Assembly: GCF_036971445.1 (NCBI RefSeq)
Contig: NC_091473.1
Span: forward strand, 211,482,001 to 211,546,000
Direction of reading: 5' to 3'
Length of the DNA stretch: 64,000 nucleotides
From: Narcine bancroftii
Lineage: Eukaryota
Both the position numbers and the translations under genes were made by a program. Of the stretch, positions 11,640 through 24,117 are shown piece after piece. Position 1 is the first letter of the stretch. Each line of letters begins with the position of its first letter. Below the pieces are notes generated by a model. It made no database searches and was not told the DNA's origin. It saw only the letters and a program-made list of their open reading frames with translations.

Positions 11640-14460
11640 TACCAATGGACACATTGATATGTCAACCAGGCAAAAGAGAAATGCTGCTGCTCTGTAATAA
11701 TTGACAGGTTCTCAAGGTGGGTTGAAGCATTTCCCACCATGCATGTGGACACCAAAACAATAGCTAAAGTGCTTACAAAAGAAATATTGCCAAGGTTTGA
11801 AGTGTGTCTGACTTTAAGTGGAAATAATAGGTCTCAATTTGCAATTGAGCATACAGACGCATTGTCTAACATTGTGGGAATTATAAAAATTCTCCAATCA
11901 GCTGGCATCGTAGAAAGACGTAATCCAAGATCACAAAATATAGGAGGCCCATTGTCCCATCGTCTGCTCTGCCATTCTAATCATGGGCTGATCCATCCTC
12001 CCACTCAACCCAACTCCTTGACGTTTTCCCAATAACCCTTGATGCCCTGATTAATCAAATACTTGTCAATCTCTGCCTTAAATATGCCCAACGACCTCAC
12101 TTCCACAGCTGTCTACAGCAAACAGTTCTGCAGACTCATGGCCCTCTGACTAGAGATATTTTCCACATCTCTGCTTTAAATTGATCCCCTTTTATCATGA
12201 AGTTGTGCCCTCTTGTCTTGGACTCCTCTACCATGGGAAACATCCTTACCACATCTACACTATCCAGGCCATTCAACATTCAAAATGCCTCTATGAGGTC
12301 TTCCTCATCCTTCTGTACTCCAAATACAGTCCCAGAGCTGACAAACGTTCCTCATATGTGAATACTTTCATTCCTGGTATCATTCTTGTAAATATTCTCT
12401 GAACCCTCTCCAATGCCAAATAAGGAACCCAAAACTGTACAAAATTGTCCAAGTGAGGTCTCACTTTATTGAGTCTCAACATTACATCCCTGTTCCATGC
12501 TATTCCTCTTCACCACCGATTCAACCTGGAGGTTAACCTTTAGGGTTTCCTGCACAAGGACTCCCTAGTCCCTTTGCATCTCTAAATTTTGAATTTTCTC
12601 CTCATCTAAACAAGTCTGTCCGAATTTTTCTTCCACCAACATTCATGACTGTACATGTTCCAAAACTTTATTTCATCTGCCACCTCTTTGCTCATTCTCC
12701 TAATCTATCCAAGTCTCTCTGCGGCCTTTCAGTATCTTCAGCACCACCTGCTCTACCACCTATTTTGGATTCATCTGCAAATTTAGCCACAAAGCCATAA
12801 TCTAAATCATTTATATATGTAAAAAGAAATGGCCCCAAAACTGACCTCTGTGAACACAACTGGCAAATAGGATCCCTTTGTTCCTACTCTCTGCTTCCTG
12901 CTGATCAGCCAACACTCTACTCAATGTTTGTATCCTTCTCGCAATTCCATGGGCTCTCATCCTGTTTAGCAACTTGTCGAAGGTCTTTTTTGAAGTCCAA
13001 ACCCACATCTATAATGGTGAACTTAAAGCTAAATTGGCAAAAATTTGCAAACAGACAGGGTTAAATTGGGTACAATGCTTACCGTTAGCACTCATGGCCA
13101 TGAGAAACAGTAGAAATAGATGTACCCAGTTAAAACTGCATGAGATGGTTGTAGGAAGGATGATGTCAATGCCAATGACTAAGCCCAGTGGCAAGGAGGT
13201 AAGCGTAGAAGGAGAACTAGATAGGTACTTGAAAGGACTAACTTTGGCTCTCAATTCTGTTTATTTCCAGGTTCAAAAAGCACAAGGTTCCCCAATGAAA
13301 GACAGAGCTACTAGTGAACCCCAGATAATGGGTGTAGATGAAGACATTTGAGGCAGTCTGAACCACTCAGGCAAATCTAACAATTCCAGGTGAACTTGTC
13401 AATACCTGCTGAGGTCAAGATTCATCTCAACTACTGCCGGAGAATCCCATGAGCAAGGGAGCAAGAGGAGGAGAAGGAAGGAGAGGACGGCACAAACAGA
13501 GGACACAGACTGATTAAATTTTTGTTTTATGTTCTGCAATTTATGTTTATTGTTCTTATTGGGTAAAGGAAGGGATTATGGATCTCCAGTAGGAACAGGG
13601 AAAATAGGGACAAAATGGCCTCTGTGTCAGTTTAAGAGATGAAGTGAGAAAAAATCTGATGGAGATTTAACCAGTGGGTTAAAAAAAACAATTATTAGGG
13701 ATCATAAAGAATGAAGTGGAATTCATGATTTACCAGAATCCGAAACATGAGGGTGTCACCAATCCCAAATGCAGAGGAAAATTTGGTGCCAGAATTTTAA
13801 TGGAAAAAGAGGGAGATGGCTTGATTCTGTACCATTGAATAATTTCATTAGAAATTTTCACTTGGAGAAAAATGGTAAATTGTGTTGATCCCTTGGTATT
13901 GAGTAACTTTCTTAGCTGATCACACAAGTAACCAGATGGCATTCACACCAACTTCTCTGGCTTTTGTTAAACCACAACTCACCCAACCCCACCTCCCCAT
14001 TTCTTCCCCCTCATCTTTTCCCAACACTACCTCTCTCTTTCTCTTCCCTTTTCCCGGTCTCCTTACACACTCATATTCATCTGGACTTCTACCCCAGCCA
14101 GCCTTTTCTTTATTCGGAGCCTTCCTGTTCTCTGCTTATCCTTGAAGATCTCTGGCCCAAAATGTCAGTAATATACCTTTACCTCCTCTTAATGATACAA
14201 GGCCAGCTGAGTTCCGACAAAATTTGTTTTTTTTTGTACAATCATAGCATCATCGGTCACGGAACCTACACCAAGACAGCTTTCGCAAACTATACCATTA
14301 ATAGATTCCATATTTTAACAGGACTAAGAATAAACTATATATAGCCACAGACTATATTTTGGCTAAGCAGGGTGGATTTTATGTTGCTTTAAATTTTGAC
14401 AGGTAATTCCAGATTCAGAAGCTAACATTTCAAATGAAATCAGTGTTTTGAAAACAATGA
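11640..14460 (+). mobile_element. ERV integrase-env remnant, split by a CR1 insertion
   Basis: DRFSRWVEAFPT...KEILPRF...QSAGIVERRN (to 11924) resumes at about 13012 as NGELKAKLAKICKQTGLNWVQCLPLAL. Env TM immunosuppressive-domain-like DYILAKQGG at about 14350-14376. Confidence 0.75.
11925..13011 (-). mobile_element. CR1-type LINE 3' fragment
   Basis: KVRPHLDNFVQFWVPY...LERVQRIFTRMIPGM...YEERLSALGLY (ORF 12291..12482) and FADESK. Confidence 0.8.
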
Positions 14461-15079
14461 GAGACAAAAACAAAAAACAAATGCTGCGTGACCTGCTGAG
14501 TTTCTCCAGCACTTTGGTGAACTGCCCTCAACCCCAGCATCTGCAGGTTTTCCTGTTTAACTCCAGGAGGACATTTCTTTGCATTTTACTGAATGTTTTG
14601 TGAACGTTTTCCTCTGGTTGTTTAATTAATTATGATCATTTTGTTTCATTTGACTTCCTCCCAGATCTAAACCAACTTTGGAATCACCATGTTCCTGCGA
14701 ACTCGGCAAGATCCCAGTGGAAAATTTGAACGAAAAGAGAAAACATTAACTCAGAATGTTTTGAACCACGAGAAAATGTATCAGCAGAAGTGGGTCTCTT
14801 CTTTCCATGCTGTGGGGTTCCTGCCGTCTGTTGCCTTCCGTGGATGCTGCCTGACCTGCTGAGTTGCTCCAGCATTTAGGGCGTCGCTACTGAGGTGAGT
14901 GTGGTGACCTCTGACCTGGTGCCTGCGTGTCTGGGCTTTTGTGAGGAGTTCATAAACCAGCCAGGAGACGTCAGTGTCATTAACTGCTGGACAAGACTTA
15001 GTTGTGCAAGTTCCCTTTGAAATTGATGAAGTTTGAAACTCAATGCTGCAACCTCTGGATGTTCAGATGATGAGGGTGT

Positions 15080-15620
15080 GCAGATGCTGGGATCTAATGC
15101 AAGACACAAGTGCTGGAGAAACTCAGAAGGTCACACATCGTCCATCAACAATAAAAGGCCATCAACATTTTGAGCCTGAGCCCTTTCCCAGGACTGCCGA
15201 AAATAAGGCAGATGCCCACATTGAAAAGTGAGGTGAAGGGGGAGGAGCGCAGGCTTACAGGTGGATACTGGGGAGGGTAGGAGAGAGAGTGAGAGGGGGA
15301 GAGGCTTAAGAAGGGTAGCTCTCTGATGGGAGAAGGAAGTGAAGGCGGTGGGGAGTTGGAGGAGAGGAAACAGGGATAACAGAAACTGGAGAAGTTGCTA
15401 TTGATGCCACCTGGTTGGAGAGGGTCGGGACGGAATACAAGATGCAATGCACAATAGTGCTGGAGAAACTCAGCAGGACACACAGCGGCCACAGGAAGGG
15501 AAAGGCCATCAACGTTTCTGACTTGGGCCCTTTGTCAGGAATGTGGAAAAAAAAGACAGTTGTCTGAATTAAAAGGAGGGAGGGGGCGGGGGAGCAGTAC
15601 AGGTGAACTGGTAAGAGGTC
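15080..15620 (-). mobile_element. Penelope-like (PLE) 3' end with two pLTR-type repeats carrying hammerhead-like motifs
   Basis: HLVFRPDPLQPGGIN resembles the PLE GIY-YIG C-terminus. It is flanked by two CCTG.n.AAGGG-loop-GAAAyGT motifs at about 15160-15196 and 15507-15543. Confidence 0.6.
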
Positions 15621-15769
15621 ATAGGTGGATACAGGAGAGAGAAGAGACTGAAACCGAGAAGTGACCAGCGACATGGCAGATGGTTTTTCTCTGATCGGAT
15701 AAGACTGGGAAGAAAATAGGGAACTGGGGTGGGGGGAGGAGACAGAGATCAGGGAAAGAAAGAAAAGTC

Positions 15770-16260
15770 TGCAGAAGTAACCCTGGACATTATAGGCTAG
15801 TTAGTGTGAAATCAGTAGTAAGTAAATAATTGGGTGTTCAAAGAGATCCTATATACTCGTATTTAGATAGCCTGGGACTGCTTAGGGATAGTCAACATGG
15901 CTTTGTATTTGGTAGGTAATCTTTAACCAATCTAATAGAGTTTTTCGAGGAGGTTACCAGGAACCTGTGGGTGTTGTCTGCATGGACTTTGATAAGGTTC
16001 CACCTGGGAGGTTAGTCAGGAAGGTTCAGACCCTTGGTATTCATGATGAGGTAATAAACTGGATTTGACATTGGCAAAACAGGAGAAGCTGGAGAGTGGT
16101 GGGGGATGAATACTCCTCACTCTGGATGCCTGTGACTAGAGCTGTGCATCTGGGATCAGTCCTGGGACCACTGTTGCTTCTCATTTATATCAGTGATCTG
16201 GATGACAATGTGGTAAATTGGATCAACATGTTTGCAGATGACACAAAGACTGGAGGTGAG
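15770..16260 (+). mobile_element. CR1-type RT fragment
   Basis: SQHGF...LTNLIEFFEEVT...MFADDTK; paralogous to 45400-45845. Confidence 0.75.
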
Positions 16261-16949
16261 TAAAAATGTTTTGAATGTCCTCATTTTATCAGCCTCCACC
16301 CCAACCCTCAGCAATGCAGTCCAGGCACCCGCAACACTGTTTTAAAAAAAAACATCTCCCCTAAACCTTCCTACCCTCGAATTAAACAGATGTCCTCTGG
16401 TTTTTGCTACTGTCACACCTGGATAAAAGATGCCGGCTGTTCACACTAACTGTGTCTCGCATAATCTTGTCATCCTAAAATTAAGTCACCTCACATTCAA
16501 ATTTGCTCCCAAGAGAACCCCCCCCCCTCCCCAAGTTCTTTTAACTTTGCTTCATAAGACATATTCTCCAATCCAAGCAACATCTGTTAAGCAGATCTGA
16601 TCCTGTCTGAGTGAAGACTTGGATCCATATGCCAAATGCAGCAACAGGTCTACGGCAGATGCCACCTGACTGGCTCTACACAAAGGCCAGAACACGTGGA
16701 CAGCACAGAGGAATACATCAGGATGCTCTTTATTGACTGCAGTTTGGCATTCAATACCATCATCCCCTCAAAACTGATCAGCAAACTCCAAGAGCTGGGC
16801 CTCACACCCCTCTGTGTAAATTGATCCTGGATTTCCTCACTTTAAGATCACAATCGGTGAACATTGGTAAGAACATATCCTCCACTATCTCCATCCATAC
16901 AAAGCACCACAGGGCTGTGTTCTTCACCCCTGCTCTACTCACTTTAGAC

Positions 16950-17334
16950 CAGGGGTCCCCAAACTTTTAGGGTCATCAACCCCTTCATAGAATCCTTGAT
17001 ATCTCATCAACACCCAGCATTGGATGGGGGTGGGGTTTGTGCGGGTAGAGGCACTGCACCATGGCTGGGGGGTTGGGGGTTTGGTGCAGCAGCATTGGAC
17101 ACAGACCTGCTGCTTTTCCACTCAATCATTCCTTCACTCTCTACTTATTAAAAGGCCAAAGCCAAATACAACATGGTGACCACCAAGGTCAGCTCTCGTG
17201 AGAGGTTGGCCACTCTTGCCGTAGACGCTATTTTCAAAGTCAAATGACAACCTTTCAACCCTTTGGTATTTATTGACCCTTGAATTGTCCCATCAACCCC
17301 CATGGGTGGATATGGACAACCTTGGAGACTCCTA
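16950..17334. mobile_element. hAT-like MITE
   Basis: Termini CAGGGGTCCCCAAAC and CCTTGGAGACTCCTA; degenerate 8-bp TSD ctttagac/ctttacat. The same insertion is present in the paralog at about 53872. Confidence 0.55.
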
Positions 17335-17469
17335 CTTTACATTTATGACAGTGTGGCTCTCTATGACAATAACCATTGACTAATTTCCTGATGATATAAA
17401 AGGGGGGGGGGGGTAAAAGCACACCAGAATTCTAGAGGAAATGAGCCAGTCTTTCAGACAGAGATGTGA

Positions 17470-17690
17470 GAGATAGAGTTGAGGGAACATGTGAGGTGGG
17501 ACAATGAAAGCCAGAGAAGTCAGTTTTAATGCCATCCAGTTGGAGGGAGCCCAGTCGGAAGATGAGGTGTTCCTTTAATTTGCAGGTGGTCTCAGCCTGG
17601 CAGTGCATGAGACCATGGACTATCAGCAAGGGAACGGGATGGGAAATTGAAATGGGTGGCCACTGGGAGATCCACACTACGGTGGACAGA
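17470..17690 (-). mobile_element. Penelope-like GIY-YIG C-terminal fragment
   Basis: VHGLMHCQAETTCKLKEHLIFRLGSLQLDGIKTDF (ORF 17432..17677); a similar piece lies at about 52095-52190. Confidence 0.65.
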
Positions 17691-18919
17691 GGGGGACAAA
17701 AGGGGGAGTTGATTCAGAAGGGAGATTGGAAACCTGGCTGAATGGTGCACTGACAACAACAATGAACAGATTGTCATATCCCCGTTCAGACAGGAGCTGA
17801 TATGCTTCAACATTAGACTATGAAAATACTTGAGGGGGAACAAATTTAAATTTGTGGGAGACACTATCTTGGTGGATATTTCATCAACCAATACAGGAAT
17901 ATTATTATGAAGAAAACACGTCAGAACCTCTACTTTCTCGGGTTTGGTAAGACATAGAAAACTTTGCAAACATATACAGATGTGTTGTGGAAAGTGTGCT
18001 GACCAGCTTCAGTACAGCTGATATGGGTGGGGGGGGGGGGGGCAATATCTCTTGAGCTGAAAGCCCTGAAAAAGGTAGTAAGCAAAGCTCAATACATCAC
18101 AGGGAAAATTCTCCCCATCATCGAGCACATGGAAAGCTGCTGTCGGGGAGCAGCAGCAATCATAATTGATCAATACCATCCAGGGTATTGTCTGTTCTCA
18201 CTGCTGCCATCAGGAAAGAGGTAAAGGTGCCATGAGACTTGTACCACCAAGTACAGAAAGAGTCCACCTTCAGACTCCTAAACAACAAATTCAATCAAAG
18301 AGTAATTTAACGTCTCTTATTTGTTATTGAATATTCATTTTCTGTATTGCACAGTCAGTTTGTTTGTACTTCCTTTTTGTTTCCATTTCTCTAATTTGTA
18401 TACATATCTTCCTTGAGTCCAATATTTTGCACTACCAATAAGCAGAAATTCTGCCTGGCCCACAGGAAAAGAAATCTCAGGGTTGTATGTGATGTCACAT
18501 ACATAATCTGACAATAAATCTGAACTTCAAATCTCCTCTGCACCCCCCTCTAAAGTTTACACATCCTTCCTCTAATGAGACTTATGAAAATCTTCACATC
18601 TGCCACATTCTCTTCATCAACCTTGTCTAGTAAAATATCAAAACAATATATCTGACCAAACAAGATTTTTTATGTTTCCAGGTAAATTTGTGCCAGATCT
18701 CATTAAACAATTAGGACAAACTACTAATATTTATTTTACATTTTATCTTCATATGATTATTATGTGCTGTGTATTGTATGTGTGTATTCCACGGTCCAGA
18801 ATTTCAACTGTAAAATCAGATGATAATGAAGTTGAACTTGAACTGGGGAGATAATTCATTCAATATAGTTCTGTGTGGAGGAGCAGAGGTCAGGATAAGT
18901 GTAAAGAAAAATTATTCAC

Positions 18920-19510
18920 TCTGAAGATGAGTGGGGTGTTTGCCTTCATTAGTCAGGGACTGAGTTAAAGAGCAGTGAGACAATGTCATGCAACAAAACT
19001 CTGGTTAGACCACACTTTGAGTATCATGTATTCAGTGATGGTTGCCTCAGTATTGGAAGGATGTTGATGCTTCAGAGAGGGTACAGAGAAGAATTACGAG
19101 CATGTTGCCTGGTTTGGAAATAAAGCAAGGTTGACAGAGCTTGGGGTTTTTTCTGAAGCAAGGAAGGATGAGAGGAGACTGAAGAGGTGAGGAGATGAGT
19201 GGTATACAAGATTGTGAGGGGAAGAGATAGGATGGACAGCCAGCACCTATTTCCCAGCTCAGCAATGGCCAATCCCAGAAGGCATCAATTTAAGGTGATT
19301 GGAGGGAGGTGTAAGATAGACAGAAGTAAATTTTTTATGCAGATTAGTGGGCACCTGGAATGCCTTGCTGGAGTTGGTGGTGGAGGCTGGAGCAAGGCCA
19401 ATTTCAAAAGTAGAGGGTTATGGGGTAAGGGGGGTTAGATTGTTGTGGAGGTTTACATCAGTCAGCATAATATTATGGGCTGAGGGGCCTACACTGTGCT
19501 GTAATGTTCC
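18920..19510 (+). mobile_element. CR1-type LINE 3' fragment
   Basis: KTLVRPH...ERVQRRITSMLPG...VYKIVRGRDRMDSQHLFP. Confidence 0.7.
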
Positions 19511-20637
19511 ACATAGTATAAAGTCCTAGACACTGGGGTATTCAGGGCAGTGAACAGTGAAGTGTGGAAACAGATCCCCATCACACACGAGGAGGTAAAT
19601 TGTATTTATACCCTGTGGAATAAACGCTGCGTGGTTCCAGCAACACAGAAGCTCGCAAAATGTCTCCACAAAACCATCAGACCCACAAACATGACTGTTC
19701 ACAGAGAGCGGAGGTGAGGTTCATCCTGACAGTGGTGCCATTTAAGAATAACGTAATGGCGATAATCACGTTTCAGCTTTCAATCCCAATTAACAGCAAC
19801 TCCCCCACGGGATTCTGGCACAGAACTCTCCCGTCTTCAGACCAGTCCTCTCTCCATCTTGAAACCACCCCCCCCCCCAACCACGAGGTTTGTCCCCCTC
19901 CTTCAGTGTGAGAATCCCCGACTGCGCTCCCCTTTCATCAAGCTTCTCCACCCTTCCCCACACTTTGAGCATCAGACTGCTTCCTGGCACAGAGGACGGG
20001 CGAAGTGGACCATTAGCATGGGAGATATACAAGCTTTTTCCCCACAACGCAACGGGCGCCTGAAAAAGGAAACAAAACTGAAACCGCTCCTCTTGCCCAA
20101 AATAGACGAAACAACAACAACACGTGACCTTCCTTAAGGTTCGCTGATTCACAGCGCCAGCCCACACAATCTGTCACTCTCTCCGACCCGCCTCCAGGCC
20201 AATCACCACCATATTACCCATTCTCCCCCTCGGATTCGGCAACGGAAAGTGACAATCAACCTCCCTCACACCTGCGCCCTCCCTTTCGCAAAGTTAAAAC
20301 GGAAATGATGGAGGATCTCTGCAGGTCCCGCAGCGTCCACAGGCGGTAAAGGTCTATCCCCGATTGAGCCCTTCTTCAGTATGTGAGAAAAAGTCACCGC
20401 GGGGTGTTCTCACCCTCACTCCTCCAGCCAGACAAGAGCGAAAATGTGATGCCAGACCCTCCACACTCTCCCTCCCCTTCTCCCTTTAACAGCCTGGAAT
20501 AGATTTCCTCCAGTGCAGGGACTGGTCCATTTCCACAGGAGCTGAACTCACTATCACCCTCTCTACTCCAATGTTTATCCGATCCAATAACTCACCCCCG
20601 TCCACCGGATGAAGGCACCGGAATCACCCCCACATCA

Positions 20638-20701
20638 CCAATGACAATCCTTTCCATCTCCAATCCCTCATTAGCATAGGGTGACAGGGCTGCCTATTTG
20701 A
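20638..20701 (+). promoter_or_regulatory. H2B promoter, copy 1: CCAAT, octamer-like ATTAGCAT (20670-20677), degenerate TATA
   Basis: Matches the H2B box CTCATTTGCATA with one change; TATTTGA here versus TATTTAA in copy 2. Confidence 0.65.
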
Positions 20702-20753
20702 CCAGCGCTCTCAGATGTTGTGGTTATTTCAGTGTTTGAAGGTGATCGAGAAA

Positions 20754-21116
20754 ATGCCTGAGCAACAGAAACCAGCTCCCAAGAAGGGTGCCAAGAAAGC
20801 CTTGGCCAAGCCAGCAGGCAAGGCCAGTAAGATGCGCAGGAGGGTGAGGAAGGAGAGTTACGCCATCTACATCTACAAGGTGATGAAGCAGGTTCATCCC
20901 GACACCGGGATCTCCTCCAAGGCCATGAGCATCATGAACTCATTGGTTAATGATATTTTCGAGCGCATTGCGGGTGAGACTTCCCGCCTGGCCCATTACA
21001 ACAAGAAGTCAACCATCAGCTCCCAGAAGATCCAGACCGCCGTGCGCCTGCTGCTACCCGGGGAGTTGGCCAAGCACGCCGTGTCAGAAGGGACAAAGTA
21101 CACCAGCTCCAAGTAA
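20754..21116 (+). CDS. H2B: Histone H2B, copy 1; open but damaged (12-bp deletion of AVTK, several substitutions), probably non-functional
   Basis: [11 protein letters not shown]...[26 protein letters not shown]...EGTKYTSSK. Differs from copy 2 by F>L, A>T, R>K, RE>QK and the deletion. Confidence 0.85.
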   Translation: MPEQQKPAPKKGAKKALAKPAGKASKMRRRVRKESYAIYIYKVMKQVHPDTGISSKAMSIMNSLVNDIFERIAGETSRLAHYNKKSTISSQKIQTAVRLLLPGELAKHAVSEGTKYTSSK

Positions 21117-21156
21117 AGCTCCACAGAGAACTGACCAGACAGACAGAAAACCCAAC

Positions 21157-21172
21157 GGCTCTTTCAAGAGCC
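21157..21172 (+). terminator. Histone 3' stem-loop (loop TTCA, conserved third U lost) with downstream HDE-like AAAGTGTTG
   Basis: GGCTCT-TTCA-AGAGCC, preceded by CCCAAC and followed by ACTCA. Confidence 0.85.
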
Positions 21173-21627
21173 ACTCACAGTCTCACTGAAAGTGTTGTAC
21201 CAGTTTCCATAATAATTTCAGAGCGATTGATTATCCTGCGATTTCTGCTTCACGCATTTATTCTCATCTAAGTTTGTGGTTTCAGTGTTGAATTCCTGCC
21301 CCCTCAACAGCCAAGAAAATGTTTTATTCTCATCTGTTTATCATGGTCATTAAATATTTTGACAATTGGGCAAAATTTGATTAATGTGGGCAAAATACAA
21401 GCATTTTCACTATTCAATTGCTTCTGTGGGTACGTTCTATGATCTGAACCCCCGCATGTTGTAATTTCCCCGAACACCATCACCACCCCAGATCAGTCAG
21501 TTCACAGTGTTTTCCTGGAGGAACATTTACTGATGAGAATCGTTTCCTTTCCCGCATCTGTTACTTCTTGAAATAAATCGGGTAACTCTGTTCACGGCAA
21601 TTCTCGGGATATGAATACACACGATGT

Positions 21628-23779
21628 CTTCTTTCTTTCTTCTTTGGCTTGGCTTCGCAGATGAAGATTTATGGAGGTGTATGTCCACGTCTGCTGCAGG
21701 CTCGTTGGTGATTGACAAGTCCGATGCGGGACAGGCAGGCATGGTTGCAAGGGAAAATTGGTTGGTTGGGGTTGGGTTTTTCCTCCTTTGTCTTTTGTCA
21801 GTGAGGTGGGCTCTGCAGTCTTTTTCAAAGGAGGTTGCTGCCCGCCAAACTGTGAGGGGCCAAGATGCACGGTTGGAGGCGATATCAGCCCACTGGTGGT
21901 GGTCAATGTGGCAAGCACCAAGAGATTTCTTTAAACAGTCCTTGTACCTCTTCTTTGGTGCACCTCTGTCTCGGTGGCCAGTGGAGAGCTCACCATAGAA
22001 CACGATCTTGGGAAGGCGATGGTCCTCCATTCTGGCGATGTGACCCACCCAGCGCAGTTGGGTCTTCAGCAGCATGGATTCGATGCTTGCGGACTCTGCC
22101 AGCTCGAGTACTTCGATGTTGGTGATTAAGTCATTCCAATGAATGTTGAAGATGGAGCAGAGACAGTACTGATGGAAGCGTTCTAGGAGCCGTAGGTGAT
22201 GCCGGTAGAGGACCCATGATTCGGAGCCGAACAGGAGTGTGGGTATGACAACGGCTCTGTACACGCTGATCTTTGTGTGTTTCCTCAGGTGGTTGTTTTT
22301 CCAGACTCTTTTGTGTAGTCTTCCAAAGGCACTATTTGCCTTGGCGAGTCTGTTGTCTATCTCTTTGTCGATCCTTGCATCAGATGAAATAGTGCAGCCG
22401 AGGTAGGTAAACTGGTTGACCGTTTTGAGTTCATTGTGCCCGATGGAGATGTGGGGAGCTGGCTGATGGAGGACCTCAGTTTTCTTCAGGCTGACTTCCA
22501 GGCCAAACATTTTGGCAGTTTCCGCAAAACAGGACGTCATGTGCTGGAGAGCTGGCTCTGAATGGGCAACTAAAGCGGCATCGTCTGCAAAGAGTAGTTC
22601 ACGGACAAGTTGCTCTTTTGTCTTGGTGTGAGCTTGTAGGCGCCTCAGATTGAAGAGACTTCCATCTGTGCAGTACTGGATGTAAACACCGTCTTCATTG
22701 TTGAGGTCTTTATTGGCTTGTTTCAGCATCATGCTGAAGAAGATAGTAAAGATGGTTGGTGCGAGGAAACAGCCTTGCTTCACGCCGTTGTCAATGGAGA
22801 AGGGTTCAGAGAGTACATTGCTGTATCTGACCCGATGTTGTGGGTTTTCGTGCAGTTGGATAACCATGTTGAGGAACTTAGGGGGCATCCGAGGCGCTCT
22901 AGTATTTCCCAAAACCCTTTCCTGCTCACAGAGTCAAAGGCTTTGGTGAGGTCAACAAAGGTGATGTAGAGTCCTTTGTTTTGTTCTCTGCACTTTTCTT
23001 GGAGCTGTCTGAGGGCAAAGACCATGTCAAGTAGTTCCTCTGTTTGCACGAAAGCCACACTGTGATTCTGGGAGGACATTTTCGGTGACACTAGGTATTA
23101 GTCTATTAAGGAGAATCCTAGCAAAGATTTTGCATGCAATGGAGAGCAGCGTGATTCCCCTGTAGTTTGAGCAGTCTGATTTCTCGCCTTTGTTTTTGTA
23201 CAGGGTCATGATGATGGCATCATGAAGGTCCTGAGGCAGCTTTCCTTAGTCCCAGCAGAGCATGAAAAACTCATGCAGTTTGGTATGCAGAGCTTTGCCA
23301 CCAGCCTTCCAGACCTCTGGGGGGGATTCCATCTATACCTGCTGCTTTGCCACTTTTCAGTTATTCAATTGCCTTATATGTCTCTTCCCAGGTAAGGACC
23401 TCATCCAGCTCTAGCCTCAAGGGTTGTTGAGGGAGCTGGAGCAGGGCGGATTCTTGGACTGAGCGGTTGGCACTGAAAAGGGATTGGCAGTGTTCTGACC
23501 ATCGATTGAGGATGGAGATCTTGTTGCTGAGGACTTTGGACTTGGGGTGAGGGGCCGTACATTTCCTTTAGTGTTTCATAAAAACCCCTGAAGTAGCCAA
23601 TGTCGGTGCTAAGCTGGGTTCATTTGACGAGGCTAGTCCACCACTCATTTTGGATCTCCCGGAGTTTGCACTGAAGGTGGCTGCATGCAAGAGGGAAGGC
23701 TCTTTTTTCTCTGGCCAGGAAGGCTTTGCAAGGTGAGCCTGGTGGGCAGCTCGCTTCTTTACCAGCAGCTCCTGGATTT
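21628..23779 (-). mobile_element. RTE-clade LINE, 5'-truncated, inserted in the H2B-H2A spacer
   Basis: RT motifs NYRGITLLS, FVDLTKAFD, GVKQG, LLFADD. (GAA/GAAA)n tail; TSD acacgat(g/a)t at 21619-21627 and 23780-23788; empty site at about 59950. Confidence 0.92.
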
Positions 23780-24117
23780 ACACGATATAAATGTGTCGTG
23801 ATTGAGTGATCACTGATGAGCAGAAATCACGCCAACAATCAGATTCACAACAACTTGTTTTCAGACTCTGCACAGATGAAAATTTCACGGCCTTTTCACA
23901 TTTCGGCGATTGGGGAAACCGGCCGTTATTCTCCCCGTTCAACGAGCTGCCGCCTGTTCATTGGTTGCTCTCGGAATGGGGACCTCGCTCAGCCAATGAC
24001 AGTGAGCACTGAAGGTCCAATCATCAGGCTCCCTTTCCATTCCTCCAAAAGATACAAAAAGGGCAACTGCGACCTCAGCTTCTTATTGGCAGTAAATAAG
24101 TTTGTAAAATTGTGGAG

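Larger units (their letters stand above)
16600..18530 (+). mobile_element. Rex1/Babar-like LINE fragments, interrupted by a MITE and a PLE piece
   Basis: [30 protein letters not shown] and HPGYCLFSLLPSGKR motifs; paralogous to 53580-53870. Confidence 0.65.

Noticed and set aside
21527-22912. 461-aa ORF as a domesticated RT gene
   Set aside because: It is a frameshifted part of a 5'-truncated RTE with TSDs, and it reads out into the histone spacer.
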